Assembly (NCBI GenBank): GCA_040751795.1 | Contig: JBFMHR010000001.1 | Location: forward strand, 160,001 to 224,000 | Source: Thermoplasmatota archaeon | GTDB taxonomy: Archaea > Thermoplasmatota > Thermoplasmata > UBA10834 | Reading direction: 5' to 3' | Length of the DNA: 64,000 nucleotides | Notes under the pieces: generated by a model | The model's database searches: none | Told to the model about the DNA's origin: nothing | The model's input: only the letters and a program-made list of their open reading frames with translations | Position numbers and translations under genes: made by a program | Shown here: positions 35,117 through 45,364 of the stretch, one piece after another | Layout of the letters: each line of letters begins with the position of its first letter | How positions within the stretch are numbered: position 1 is the first letter of the stretch

Positions 35117-36973
35117 TCACCGCAGGCCCGGCACCTTGGCGGCTATGTCGGCGAGGCCCGCCTCCTGCAGCGTGGCCTTCGTCGGCCTGCCCTCCGCGTC
35201 CCAGCCCCAGAGGTCGTAGTACTCCGACAGCATCCTCTCGAAGGAGCCCTTCGGGACGGACTTGCCAGCGGTCTTCCCCGTGGTCAGGGGCTCGCTCGTC
35301 ATGCGGTCCGGCATCGTGTCGTCCTTCCTCGAGAAGCCCTCCCTGACGTTGAAGGCCCGGGTCAGGTTCCAGATCCTGCGGCCGACCTTCCTCAGGTGCT
35401 CCTCGCCCGACTGCGCGCCGGTGACGGCGGTGTAGTACTTCGCCATGTTGGGGAAGTTCACCCCGTAGAAGTCGCAGAATATGAAGCTCCACTTCACACT
35501 CGTCCTCGTCTGGTCCTCGACGCATGTGGCCGCCTTGCCCTCGGGGTTCCACGGGTCGGCCGACCCGTAGGCGTCGCCCGCGACGGGCCACGCCCTGAGG
35601 TGGCACGCTCCCCTGTCCGACGTGGCGTAGGCCAAGGCCATCCCTATCGTCCCCCGCGGGTCGTAGGCGGGGTACTCCAGGCCCTTGACGTGCATGACCA
35701 GCCCGTCGGCGCCCTTCCCGATCCTCCTCCCCGCGCGCAGGGCGCCGTCCGCCAGGAGGTCTCCGATGCCCTCCCTCTTGGCCATGATGGCGGGCATCTT
35801 CGCGTATGCGTCCTCGTTCCCGAACCTGAGGTCGAGGCCGTTGACGTCCTCCTTGGACAGGACGCCCTTCTCGTACAGGTCCATGGCGAGGGCGACCGCG
35901 TTCCCCGCGGATATGGAGTCCAGGCCGTGCCTGTCGCACTCCTCGACGAACCTGATGACCGCCTCGACGTCCTTGATCCCGCAGTTGGAGCCGCACAGGC
36001 CGAGCGTCTCGTACTCCGGCCCCTCCGTCGCCGCGCCGCTGAAAGCGCCGGCCTTCACCTTGGACCAGCTGCCGCAGGCGATGGCGCAGTCGAAGCAGGC
36101 CTTCTTGCGCACGAGGACCCTGGCCTTGATCGACTCGGAGTTGATGCCGTCGTGGCCCTCGAAGACTCCGTCGTGCCAGTTCCTCGTCGGCAGTATCCCG
36201 GCGTCGTTGCTCATCTCCACGAGGATGGGCGTCCCGTCGGTGATCATCCCCGCGTGGTCCGGGTTGCCCGTGACGTCGGTCTTGATCATCTCCTTGGTCA
36301 TCGCCAGGAGCGAGGCCATGTCGGGGACCTCCACGCCCATGGTCCCCCTCGCAGCGACCGCCTTCAGGTTCTTCGCCCCGAACGCGGCTCCGGTCCCGCC
36401 CCTCCCGGCGTTCCTGGTGAGGTCGTTCGTCACGCTTGAGATCAGGCTCAGCCTCTCCCCAGCCACCCCGATGGAGGCGACCCGCGCCATCTTCTCGCCG
36501 GTCTCCTTCCTTATGGCCTCCTCGGTGTGGTAGGTGTCCTTGCCCCAGACGTTCTTCGCGTCCCTTATCTCGGCCTTGCCGTCGTTGAGCCAGAGGTAGA
36601 CCGGCTTCTTCGCCTTGCCCTTGATGATGACCCCGTCGAACCCGGCGTACTTCATCTCCGGCCCGAAGAAGCCCCCGGCGTAGCTGTCGAGGAAGGTCCC
36701 CGTGAGGGGCGACTTCGTCACTATCACATACCTGCTGGTGAGGGGTACGAGGGTCCCCACGAGGGGCCCGGTCCAGATGGACAGGACGTTCTCGGGCGAC
36801 ATCGGGTCGGTCCCCGGCTTGAGCTCGTCGAAGAGGTACCTCGCGCCGAGGCCCTTCCCGCCGATGAACTGCTTGGCCCATTCCCTGTTCAGCGGTTCCG
36901 TCGACGCCCTCTCGGAGGAGAGGTCGACCCTCAGGACCTTGCCGACGTAGCCGTCCGCCGCCATCTCAGTCAC
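35117..36973 (-). CDS. aor: Aldehyde:ferredoxin oxidoreductase (W-containing AOR family)
   Basis: LRVDLS, GGKGLG, KSPLTG, AGRGGTGA..GAKNLKA, CFDCAIAC, GPEYET, GLDSIS, YDPRG, RGACH. Confidence 0.92.
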   Translation of the reverse strand: MTEMAADGYVGKVLRVDLSSERASTEPLNREWAKQFIGGKGLGARYLFDELKPGTDPMSPENVLSIWTGPLVGTLVPLTSRYVIVTKSPLTGTFLDSYAGGFFGPEMKYAGFDGVIIKGKAKKPVYLWLNDGKAEIRDAKNVWGKDTYHTEEAIRKETGEKMARVASIGVAGERLSLISSVTNDLTRNAGRGGTGAAFGAKNLKAVAARGTMGVEVPDMASLLAMTKEMIKTDVTGNPDHAGMITDGTPILVEMSNDAGILPTRNWHDGVFEGHDGINSESIKARVLVRKKACFDCAIACGSWSKVKAGAFSGAATEGPEYETLGLCGSNCGIKDVEAVIRFVEECDRHGLDSISAGNAVALAMDLYEKGVLSKEDVNGLDLRFGNEDAYAKMPAIMAKREGIGDLLADGALRAGRRIGKGADGLVMHVKGLEYPAYDPRGTIGMALAYATSDRGACHLRAWPVAGDAYGSADPWNPEGKAATCVEDQTRTSVKWSFIFCDFYGVNFPNMAKYYTAVTGAQSGEEHLRKVGRRIWNLTRAFNVREGFSRKDDTMPDRMTSEPLTTGKTAGKSVPKGSFERMLSEYYDLWGWDAEGRPTKATLQEAGLADIAAKVPGLR

Positions 36974-37376
36974 CCCACTTGAGCACGCCCTTGGGGCAGA
37001 CGGAGACGCACTGCGGGTCGCCGCTGCACAGGTCGCACTTGATCGAGTAGGAGCCGCTCGGGTCGAGCCAGCAGCCGTTGTACGGGCAGACGTCCACGCA
37101 GGCGCCGCAGGCCGTGCACGTCTCCCTGTCCACGTAGTATATGTCGAGCTTCTCGTTCAGCTTGATGGCCTCGACGGGGCACGCCTCAACGCAGGGGTGC
37201 TCGTCGCAGTGGATGCAGTGGTTGATCCTGAACTCGCCTGGCTCCGGGAACACGTCCTCGACGTTGATCCTCGACTCGCTCGGGTTGAACTTCCCCACGT
37301 GGGACCCGGAACAAACGAGCATACACATCTGACAGCCGGTGCACTTCTCAAGGTCTGCTTTCAGGCCTTTGCTCAT
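36966..37376 (-). CDS. 4Fe-4S dicluster protein (AOR electron-transfer partner)
   Basis: CTGCQMCMLVC, CIHCDEHPCVEACP, CTACGACVDVCP, KCDLC; overlaps the aor start. Confidence 0.9.
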   Translation of the reverse strand: MSKGLKADLEKCTGCQMCMLVCSGSHVGKFNPSESRINVEDVFPEPGEFRINHCIHCDEHPCVEACPVEAIKLNEKLDIYYVDRETCTACGACVDVCPYNGCWLDPSGSYSIKCDLCSGDPQCVSVCPKGVLKWGD

Positions 37377-37725
37377 CGGTGTATTCCTCCTAAGACTGCG
37401 AGCGTCCGACCAGAGCCCCGCGACACACGCCATCCGCCGGTACGCGGCTCCGTCGACGGACCTCCCACCATGCGCCTAGCCCAACTCGGACAGGCTCGGG
37501 GTGTTAATGTCCGAGGCGTATTTAGTAGTTGCCGGTTTCTGGCGCGAGCCAGTCCGCAAATCGTTCGGAGGCACCGGGAGGCTGGCCCGCCCCGGACGAT
37601 ATGCTCCGAAGAGCACTTCGTACGGCTGGGAAAAGCGATAATGGGATTTCTATATTATACGACCCATTTATTACGGCGGGCCCTCAAAAGGTAGTTATAC
37701 GGTCTAGTGTCGTAACGCGGGTGTC

Positions 37726-38481
37726 ATGATCGCCGAGGGCACGAGGCTGATGTTGGTCGACGAGGAAGGCCGCAAGTTCCCCGTCGTCGCGAAGAAGGGC
37801 ATGCTCGAGGTGCGCAAGCTCGGCGTCATCGACGGCGACAGGCTCTGCTCCTCGTCCTTCGGCGACAGGATGGAGGTCGGGGGCCGCAGGTTCACCGTCC
37901 TCAGGCCGAGCGTGAGGGACCTCCTCTCGATGATCGAGAGGAGGGCGCAGATCATCTCGCCCAAGGACAGCTTCCTCATACCGCTGCACCTCGACCTCTC
38001 CTCGGGGAGCAGGGTCGTGGAGGGCGGCGTCGGCTCCGGGGCGCTGACCCTCGTGCTCCTCAAGGCCGTGGCGCCCGAGGGGAGGGTCACGTCCTACGAG
38101 CTGAGGGAGGACCACGCCGATGTCGCCCGCAGGAACGTCGAGATGTCCGGCCTCGGGTCCTGCTGGGAGCTCAGGATCGGCGACGTCTGCACCGCGGAGC
38201 TGCCCGAGGGCGTCGACGCGGTGGCACTGGACATGCCGAACCCGTGGGACGCGCTCAAGAACGCCGTCAGAGCGCTTAGGCCTGGCGGGCACATATGCTG
38301 CTACGTCCCGAACGCGAACCAGCTGGAGCAGTCGGTGAGGGCGATGAGGGACGCGGGCCTCGGCGATGTCTATTCCTTCGAGACCATCCAGAGGGAGATG
38401 GTTGTCCACGATGGCGGCGTGCGGCCCAGCTTCGAGACGCTCGGGCACACGGGGTACCTGGTCTTCGGAAGGAAGGTCTGA
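37726..38481 (+). CDS. trmI: tRNA (adenine-N1)-methyltransferase
   Basis: RRAQIISPKD, VVEGGVGSGALT, SYELRED, LDMPNPW, HTGYLVF. Confidence 0.9.
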   Translation: MIAEGTRLMLVDEEGRKFPVVAKKGMLEVRKLGVIDGDRLCSSSFGDRMEVGGRRFTVLRPSVRDLLSMIERRAQIISPKDSFLIPLHLDLSSGSRVVEGGVGSGALTLVLLKAVAPEGRVTSYELREDHADVARRNVEMSGLGSCWELRIGDVCTAELPEGVDAVALDMPNPWDALKNAVRALRPGGHICCYVPNANQLEQSVRAMRDAGLGDVYSFETIQREMVVHDGGVRPSFETLGHTGYLVFGRKV

Positions 38482-38561
38482 CGCCCCGCCTCGCGCCTGC
38501 CGACCTCCGCAGGGGAAACAAGAAGGTGAGGGCGTGAGCCCCCACCAATGGTTTGCGGCCG

Positions 38562-39281
38562 TCAGGGCTCCGGCTCGTACACGTTCGCGACGGCTGTCCA
38601 TTCTCCCCAGTCGGCTGGGAGCGTGGCCACGACGCCGTTCCCGTACAGGCAGATGTGGTCGATCGCCAGCTGGCCGTACACGGACCACCCGCCCCAGGCC
38701 GGGCCTGTGGCGCTGAACCTCAACACGAGGTTGCTGGCGCCCAGGTAGACGTCGCATATGCCGTCGTAGTACGAGGTCATGTCGATCTGTTCGAGGTGCC
38801 AGCACTCCGGTGAGTCCACCTGCGGGACCTCGTCGACGTAGCTGAACACCTCCACCCAGCCTTCCGCGCCCGGGACATACAGCTTGAAGCTGTCGTCCCC
38901 GAGGCCGTCCAGGTGATAGAACTCGATCATCCTCACGGAGCCGCCGAACGCGACGGTCAAGGTCGCGTCCGCGCCGTTCGGGTCCGGCACCCCCTCGAAC
39001 TGGTCGTACCACACCACGCGGGCCTGCTCCGACGCCCCGAGGGCGTCGTAGTTGCCCCAGTCCCCGCCGCTCGTCCCAGGCTGCGGCGGACCCCAGCCCA
39101 CCATCTCGAGGACCATCGACTCGTCGTCGACCATGTCCACATATGCCAGCAACACCCCCGCCCTCGCACTCGACGGCGATGTGACGGAGAAGGCCGCCAC
39201 CAGCGCGAATGCGATCGCGAGGACGGGGACGACTGCCCTCAGCCGGCCGTCTGCGCGAATTCCTTTCATCCTCTCGTTCAT
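38562..39281 (-). CDS. Secreted hypothetical protein (Trp/Asp-rich, probably beta-sandwich)
   Basis: GAGGTG RBS, basic N-terminus plus hydrophobic signal with AxA site; no known motif. Confidence 0.6.
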   Translation of the reverse strand: MNERMKGIRADGRLRAVVPVLAIAFALVAAFSVTSPSSARAGVLLAYVDMVDDESMVLEMVGWGPPQPGTSGGDWGNYDALGASEQARVVWYDQFEGVPDPNGADATLTVAFGGSVRMIEFYHLDGLGDDSFKLYVPGAEGWVEVFSYVDEVPQVDSPECWHLEQIDMTSYYDGICDVYLGASNLVLRFSATGPAWGGWSVYGQLAIDHICLYGNGVVATLPADWGEWTAVANVYEPEP

Positions 39282-39581
39282 CTCATCCACCTCTCTGACC
39301 TTTGCTCGTCCCGCCTCGGCCTTGTCCGGCCGGGCGGGGGCGGAAAATGAGAAGCAATCGCTGGCGAAAGAGACCATTGGCGTGCGCTCGCGCACGCCGT
39401 ACCACCTCTCATCGTTCAGGCTCCTCCGATCCCATCAGGGACTCCACCCGATTCGACAATGACGCGACGCTATAAAAGGAGTCATCAGACGACGGTGCCT
39501 CCCAGGGAGGGGCTGCGCGCGCGCGATGGCTCCCTTAACTTCAAGTACACGCTAGCGTAATGCCGTGACGGTGAGGCATCG

Positions 39582-39821
39582 ATGGTTGTTGCTGAGGTCA
39601 GGGTCGAGCTGAAGAAGGGCGTCGCCGACCCTGAGGGCAAGAACACCCTCAAAGCGCTCGAGCTGCTGGGCTTCGAAGGCGTCAGGGACGTCAAGACCGT
39701 CAAGGTGTTCGAGATCGAGATGGTCGGCAGCGCGGGGGAGGCGCAGGCCAAGGTCCAGGAGATGTGCGAGAGGCTCCTCGCCAACCCAGTCATACACAAC
39801 TTCTCGGTAAAGATGAAGTGA
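39582..39821 (+). CDS. purS: FGAM synthase subunit PurS
   Basis: LKKGVADPEG...CERLLANPVI. Confidence 0.93.
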   Translation: MVVAEVRVELKKGVADPEGKNTLKALELLGFEGVRDVKTVKVFEIEMVGSAGEAQAKVQEMCERLLANPVIHNFSVKMK

Positions 39822-39829
39822 GTGACAGC

Positions 39830-42160
39830 ATGTCCACCGAAAGGCTGTATTCGAGGCGGGCGACGCCGTTCGAGCTCATGGACATAGACCTGGCCTCGGC
39901 CACAGACGACGAGATAATGGAGGTGAGCCAGGAGAGCGGCACCGGCCTCTCCCTCGAGGAGATGCACCGGGTCAGGGACCACTTCTCCGCCAAGGGCAGG
40001 AGCCCGACGGACGTCGAGCTCCAGTCGATAGGGCAGGCCTGGAGCGAGCACTGCTGCTACAAGAGCTCCAAGGTGTTCCTCAAGGAGTACGTCTTCGGCA
40101 TCAACACCAGCCAGGTCATAGACAGGGGCGACGCGGGCGTGATGGAGTTCGACAGGGACCACGCGTACGCCCTCAGGATCGAGAGCCACAACCACCCGAG
40201 CGCGGTGGAGCCCTACGGCGGAGCGGCCACCGGCATCGGGGGGATCATAAGGGACGTACTCTGCATGGGCGCCCAGCCCATCGCGCTGGTCGACCCGCTG
40301 TACTTCGGCCCGCTGGACCTCCCGTTCAAGAGGTTGCCTGAGGGCATCAAGCACCCGAAGTACCTCTTCGGGGGCGTCGTCGCGGGCATCAGGGACTACG
40401 GGAACAGGGTCGGTCTCCCGACCGTCTCGGGCGGGGTCTGGTTCGACGAGAGCTACGTCGGCAACTGCCTCGTCAACGTCGGGTGCATCGGCATCGCGGA
40501 CAAGAAGGACATCAGGCGCAACGCCGTCAGGGGCCCCGGGGACGTCCTGGTGCTGGTCGGAGGGAGGACCGGCAGGGACGGCATACACGGGGTGACCTTC
40601 GCGTCCGCCGTGCTCACGAAGAAGAGCGAGACCGAGTCGAGGGGCGCGGTCCAGCTTGGCGACCCGATCATGAAGGAGCCGGTCATACACGCGGTCCTCG
40701 AGGCGAACCAGAAGGGGCTCGTCAACGGCATGAAGGATCTCGGGGGCGGGGGGCTCTCCTGCGTCGTTGGCGAGATCGCCCTCGCCGGGGGGTGCGGGGC
40801 CGAGGTCGACCTGTCCAAGGTCCCCCTGAAGGAGGAGGGCCTCGCGCCGTGGGAGATCTGGGTCTCCGAGTCGCAGGAGAGGATGATGCTCTCCGTATCG
40901 CCGAAGAACGTGGACGACGTGCTCCACGTCTTCAAGCTCTGGGACGTGCCGGCCACGCCCGTGGGCAAGGTCATACCCCAGAAGGTCGTCAGGCTCTTCT
41001 TCCAGGGGGAGAAGGTATTCGACCTCGAGCTGGAGTTCCTCACCGCCGGGCCGGTCTACTGCAGGCCGTGCAGCGCTGAGAGGTCCGCCAGGACGAGGCG
41101 CGACAGGCACCCTGCCGCCAAGCCGAGGTACGACAAGGAGCTGCTCAGGCTGCTGGCCAGTCCGAACATATGCAACAGGGACTGGATCATAAGGCAGTAC
41201 GACCACGAGGTCAGGGCCGGGACGGTGATCAAGCCGCTCCAGGGCAAGCTCGGCCACTGGAGCCACGGCGACGCCGCGGTCCTGAAGCCCGTCGAGGAGT
41301 CCTTCAGGGGGCTCGCGGTCGCGACGGCCTCCAACCCGTTCGCGGTCGGGGTCGACCCCTACCGCGGCGGCAAGACCTGCGTCGACGAGGTCTGCAGGAA
41401 CCTGGCCGCCGTTGGCGCTAGGCCGCACTCGCTCACCGACTGCCTCAACTTCGGGAACCCGGAGAGGCCGGACAGGCTGTGGCTGTTCCGGGAGGCGGTG
41501 AAGGGCATCGGCGAGGTGGCCAAGGCCCTCAACGTCCCCATCCCCTCGGGCAACGTCAGCTTCTACAACGAGGCGCCCAACGGCGCCGTGCTCCCGACGC
41601 CGACCATACTGGGCTGCGGCATCGCGAGGGACGTGAGGAAGTGCGTCACCTCCGACCTCAAGGGCGAGGGGAACACCCTCGCGCTCGTCGGCGCGACGGG
41701 CCCGCAGATGGGCGCGTCCGCCTACTATCGCATGTGCAGGTGCCACTCCTCGGAGGTCCCCGACGTGAGCGTCCCAGCCCTCAAGGCGGGGATCGACGTG
41801 GTCGTCGGCGGGATCGAGCGCGGCGCGGTCGTGTCTTGCCACGACGTCTCGGACGGGGGCCTCGCGGTCGCCCTCGCCGAGATGTGCATGGGCGGCGACG
41901 TCGGGGCGGAGGTCGACCTCTCCAAGATGGGCAAGCTCCGGGGCGATCAGAAGCTGTTCTCGGAGAGCAACAGCAGGTGGGTCGTCGAGCTGAGGAAGGG
42001 CAAGGAGAAGCTCATGCCTAAGGACGCCAGGGCGCGCATGGTCAGGATAGGGACCGTCGGGGGCGACGGGCTCCGCATCTCATCCGGAAAGACGCTCATA
42101 GACACCGACGTCGACAGGCTCGCCAAGAGCTTCAACGAGACCCTCTGGAGGCTGCTCTGA
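39830..42160 (+). CDS. purL: FGAM synthase subunit PurL
   Basis: WSEHCCYKSS, ESHNHPSAVEP, GRDGIHG, DLGGGG, SESQERM, QYDHEV, DCLNFGNPE, HDVSDGG. Confidence 0.96.
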   Translation: MSTERLYSRRATPFELMDIDLASATDDEIMEVSQESGTGLSLEEMHRVRDHFSAKGRSPTDVELQSIGQAWSEHCCYKSSKVFLKEYVFGINTSQVIDRGDAGVMEFDRDHAYALRIESHNHPSAVEPYGGAATGIGGIIRDVLCMGAQPIALVDPLYFGPLDLPFKRLPEGIKHPKYLFGGVVAGIRDYGNRVGLPTVSGGVWFDESYVGNCLVNVGCIGIADKKDIRRNAVRGPGDVLVLVGGRTGRDGIHGVTFASAVLTKKSETESRGAVQLGDPIMKEPVIHAVLEANQKGLVNGMKDLGGGGLSCVVGEIALAGGCGAEVDLSKVPLKEEGLAPWEIWVSESQERMMLSVSPKNVDDVLHVFKLWDVPATPVGKVIPQKVVRLFFQGEKVFDLELEFLTAGPVYCRPCSAERSARTRRDRHPAAKPRYDKELLRLLASPNICNRDWIIRQYDHEVRAGTVIKPLQGKLGHWSHGDAAVLKPVEESFRGLAVATASNPFAVGVDPYRGGKTCVDEVCRNLAAVGARPHSLTDCLNFGNPERPDRLWLFREAVKGIGEVAKALNVPIPSGNVSFYNEAPNGAVLPTPTILGCGIARDVRKCVTSDLKGEGNTLALVGATGPQMGASAYYRMCRCHSSEVPDVSVPALKAGIDVVVGGIERGAVVSCHDVSDGGLAVALAEMCMGGDVGAEVDLSKMGKLRGDQKLFSESNSRWVVELRKGKEKLMPKDARARMVRIGTVGGDGLRISSGKTLIDTDVDRLAKSFNETLWRLL

Positions 42161-42990
42161 TGAAGATCAGCAAGGTGAAGGTCTGCGTCCTCAGGATCGA
42201 GGGGACCAACTGCGAGGAGGAGTCGTACCAGTCGTTCAAGAGGCTCGGGGCGAGGCCCGAGAAGGTCCATCTGAAGCAGCTCACCGGCACGGACGTCTCC
42301 GCGGACGAGAGGCGGTCCCTCTCCGACTACCACATCCTGGTCCTGCCCGGCGGGTTCTCCTCCGGGGACTACGTGCGCGCGGGCGCGATCTTCGCCGCGC
42401 GGATGAAGAGCAGGCTGTCCGGGGACCTCGTGGACTTCGTGAGGTCCGGCAAGCCCGTGCTCGGGATATGCAACGGGTTCCAGATACTGGTCGAGACGGG
42501 CCTGCTCCCCGCGATGTCGGGCGTGATGTCCGACGTCCCCGAGGCCGTCCTCGGGACCAACGACTCAGGCAGGTTCGAGTGCAGGCCGACCATCCTGAAG
42601 AAGGTCAGCAGGGGCAAGTGCGTCTTCACGACCAAGGTCCCCGACGACAAGCTGTCCCTGATACCCTCGGCGCACGCTGAGGGGAAGCTCATGTTCCCCA
42701 TCGAGAGGAGGGACAGGATCCTGAGGGAGCTGGCGGAGAACGACCAGGTCGTGTTCAAGTACGTCGACCCGGACGGGAACCTCGCCGGGTACCCGTGGTG
42801 CCCCAACGGCGCGGCCGAGAACATAGCGGGCATATGCAACAGGGACGGGAACGTCTTCGGCCTGATGCCGCACCCTGAGAGGGTGTTCTTCAGGTTCACC
42901 CACCCCGACTGGACGAGGAGCCCCGACGGGGCCGGCGACGGCCGGGCGGTGTTCGAGTCGGTCCTGGACTACGCCTCCAAGAGGCTCTGA
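42160..42990 (+). CDS. purQ: FGAM synthase subunit PurQ
   Basis: GTNCE, PGGFSSGDY, GICNGFQIL, AHAEG, GLMPHPER. Confidence 0.95.
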   Translation: MKISKVKVCVLRIEGTNCEEESYQSFKRLGARPEKVHLKQLTGTDVSADERRSLSDYHILVLPGGFSSGDYVRAGAIFAARMKSRLSGDLVDFVRSGKPVLGICNGFQILVETGLLPAMSGVMSDVPEAVLGTNDSGRFECRPTILKKVSRGKCVFTTKVPDDKLSLIPSAHAEGKLMFPIERRDRILRELAENDQVVFKYVDPDGNLAGYPWCPNGAAENIAGICNRDGNVFGLMPHPERVFFRFTHPDWTRSPDGAGDGRAVFESVLDYASKRL

Positions 42991-42994
42991 CGGG

Positions 42995-43651
42995 CTAGAG
43001 GGAGACTATCAGCTCGACCTGGTCGCCGTCCTTGAGCCCGAGGGAGCGCCTCAGGTGGTACTTGCAGATGACCTCGATTATGTCCGTGTGGTGGGACCTC
43101 ACGGGCAGCACCACCGCGCACTCCATGTTGCGGATGGTGGCGAGGAAGCACTTGACGTCCCCGAAGGTCCTGCTCTCCTTCTCGAAGCCCTTGATCAGGA
43201 TGCCCTCCGACTTGCGCAGGATGTCCATCTTGGAGAGCTCGTGCTGGTCTATCCTGAGGTTGAGGGTGCCCTCGTAGGGCTTGAACCAGAGCTTCTTCTG
43301 GAACTGCTCGGTGTAGGCCTCCTGGTTGACGTAGTACTGCCCCTCGCCGAGGCCGGAGGTGACCGTGCCGAGGATGACCAGGTGGTCCTTCATCTCGAAG
43401 ATGCGCTGGTAGTCCGAGTACTCCTTCCTGAGGAGGTCGAACCCCTTGTCGGTGAGCTTGATCCTCTGCCTCCTCGCGCCGAGGTCCCTCTCGATCAGGC
43501 CCTCGCCCAGGAGCTCGAGTATCTTCTTCGAGGCCGATTGCTGGCTTATCTCGAGGACGTTCCCCAGCTCTCTGGAGGAGATGGCTATGTAGTCGTGCAC
43601 GCCGCCCATGAGCGCGATGTGCTTCAGGGTCGCTATCTGCTTCTCGTGCAT
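42995..43651 (-). CDS. ribK: CTP-dependent riboflavin kinase with N-terminal wHTH (RbkR-type)
   Basis: wHTH (SSRELG..ISQQSASK) plus GTVTSGLGEGQYY, PYEGTLN, LRRSLGLKDGD. Confidence 0.9.
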   Translation of the reverse strand: MHEKQIATLKHIALMGGVHDYIAISSRELGNVLEISQQSASKKILELLGEGLIERDLGARRQRIKLTDKGFDLLRKEYSDYQRIFEMKDHLVILGTVTSGLGEGQYYVNQEAYTEQFQKKLWFKPYEGTLNLRIDQHELSKMDILRKSEGILIKGFEKESRTFGDVKCFLATIRNMECAVVLPVRSHHTDIIEVICKYHLRRSLGLKDGDQVELIVSL

Positions 43652-43752
43652 GGCGGGTTTCGGATATCGGAGGGGCGATAAATAGGTTTCCAGAAAATTG
43701 GTAGTGGACGGCTAAGTTGGTAGGTAGCGCCCCCCGCCCATCCGGTGATGGC

Positions 43753-44121
43753 TCAGTCGACGCCGTGCTCGGAGAGCTCCAGATACCTCTCGCTCCTGAG
43801 CCTGACGACGGGGATGCCCTCGGCCCTCAGCCGTGCTATCAGTCCCTTGTCGTTGGTGAGCACCGCCGCCGAGGTCCTCTTGGCCACCTCCAGGACGGCG
43901 TCGTCACCCCTGAGGGGGGTCTCGATTATCGTGTACCTCCTCCCCAGGGCGAGGGCGCCCTTCCCCGCGCGCTCCCTCGAGTTGGCCAGCTCCCCGAGGA
44001 CGGAGCTCGGGACCAGGACGGGGAGGTCGCCGAAGAGGCGCTTCAGCTCCCTGTCCAGGTTCACGCTGAACTGAAAAGGCATCATCAGGCCGTTAGCGTC
44101 GAGCACCACGGCGGAGACCAA
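43753..44121 (-). CDS. PIN-domain protein (Fcf1/Utp24-like)
   Basis: VLDANGLM, VPSSVLGEL, GDDA, LTNDK; conserved position after eif2g. Confidence 0.85.
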   Translation of the reverse strand: MVSAVVLDANGLMMPFQFSVNLDRELKRLFGDLPVLVPSSVLGELANSRERAGKGALALGRRYTIIETPLRGDDAVLEVAKRTSAAVLTNDKGLIARLRAEGIPVVRLRSERYLELSEHGVD

Positions 44122-44131
44122 CGGCCATCCC

Positions 44132-45364
44132 TCACTTCACTGTGCCGTAGCCGATCAGGCGCCACTTGCCCGTTATGCGCCTTGACATGGCGATCCTCTG
44201 CCCCTTCTCCGCGCAGACGGGGATCTTGAGCGATATCTCCGCCGATTCGGACCGCCCGCTCGTGACCACGCCGACGGTGGTGGCCGTCCCGACGCTGAGC
44301 ATCAGGGGCTCGTTGGTCTTGAGGTTGTCCACCGCGAGGTCCGACGATATCCCCACCACCCTCTGCATGAGCGTCGTCTCGACCGTGAGGGAGCTCTGGA
44401 CCGGCGGAAGGCTGCCCGGGGCCCCCGCGATCCTGCCGACCAGCGAGTCCGACTTGGTGATGACCGGGTCCAGGCCCGTCCCTATGGCGATGAGGCCGCC
44501 CGGCCTCGCCTCCTCCAGCTTCAGGCCGCCCGCGAAGAGCGACCTGACCTGGGTGACGACCGGCTCCCAGACAACGCCCTTGCCCCCCTCGACCTTGCGG
44601 CCGGGCAGGACCTCGACCTCGTCCCCGACGCTGAGCCTCCCCTGCGTGAGGGAGCCTCCGAGGACGCCACCCTTGAGCTTGTCGATCTTTGTCCCCGGGG
44701 GGTTCACGTCGAACGACCTGGCGACGTACATCCTCGCCGGCCGCGACCTGTCCCACTTGGGGGTCGGGATGGTCTTCTCTATCGTCTGGATGAGCGTGTC
44801 GATGTTGACGTCGTGGTGGGCGGATATGGGTATGATCGGGGCCTTCTCGGCGATCGTCCCCTTCACGAACTCCCTGATCTCGTTGAAGTTGGACCGCGCC
44901 TCCTCCGGCGAGACCAGGTCGATCTTGTTCTGCACGACTATGATCCTGTCGACGCCAATTATCGAGAGGGCCATCAGGTGCTCCCTGGTCTGCGGCTGCG
45001 GGCACGGCTCGTTCGCAGCGACGAGCAGGAGCGCGCCGTTCATTATCGCGGCGCCGGAGAGCATCGTGGCCATCAGCGTCTCGTGGCCGGGGGCGTCGAC
45101 GAACGACACGGACCTGAGCAGCTCGCACTCGCCCTTGCAGGCAGGGCACGTGGGCTGGTTCGTGTAGCACTCAGGCTCGGAGCAGTTCCTGCACTTGTAG
45201 AAGGCGACGTCGGCGTAACCGAGCCGTATGGAGATGCCCCGCTTGACCTCCTCCGAGTGGCGGTCGGTCATCTCGCCAGTCAAGGCCTTCGTCAGCATGG
45301 TCTTGCCGTGGTCGACATGGCCGATCATGCCGATGTTGGTCTCTGGCTGGGTCGGGACCTTCAT
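44132..45364 (-). CDS. eif2g: Translation initiation factor 2 subunit gamma
   Basis: [51 protein letters not shown]. Confidence 0.97.
   Translation of the reverse strand: MKVPTQPETNIGMIGHVDHGKTMLTKALTGEMTDRHSEEVKRGISIRLGYADVAFYKCRNCSEPECYTNQPTCPACKGECELLRSVSFVDAPGHETLMATMLSGAAIMNGALLLVAANEPCPQPQTREHLMALSIIGVDRIIVVQNKIDLVSPEEARSNFNEIREFVKGTIAEKAPIIPISAHHDVNIDTLIQTIEKTIPTPKWDRSRPARMYVARSFDVNPPGTKIDKLKGGVLGGSLTQGRLSVGDEVEVLPGRKVEGGKGVVWEPVVTQVRSLFAGGLKLEEARPGGLIAIGTGLDPVITKSDSLVGRIAGAPGSLPPVQSSLTVETTLMQRVVGISSDLAVDNLKTNEPLMLSVGTATTVGVVTSGRSESAEISLKIPVCAEKGQRIAMSRRITGKWRLIGYGTVK

Noticed and set aside
43753-44121. PIN domain as a VapC toxin of a TA pair
   Set aside because: No antitoxin gene, and its position after rps6e-eif2g is the conserved archaeal Fcf1-like arrangement.
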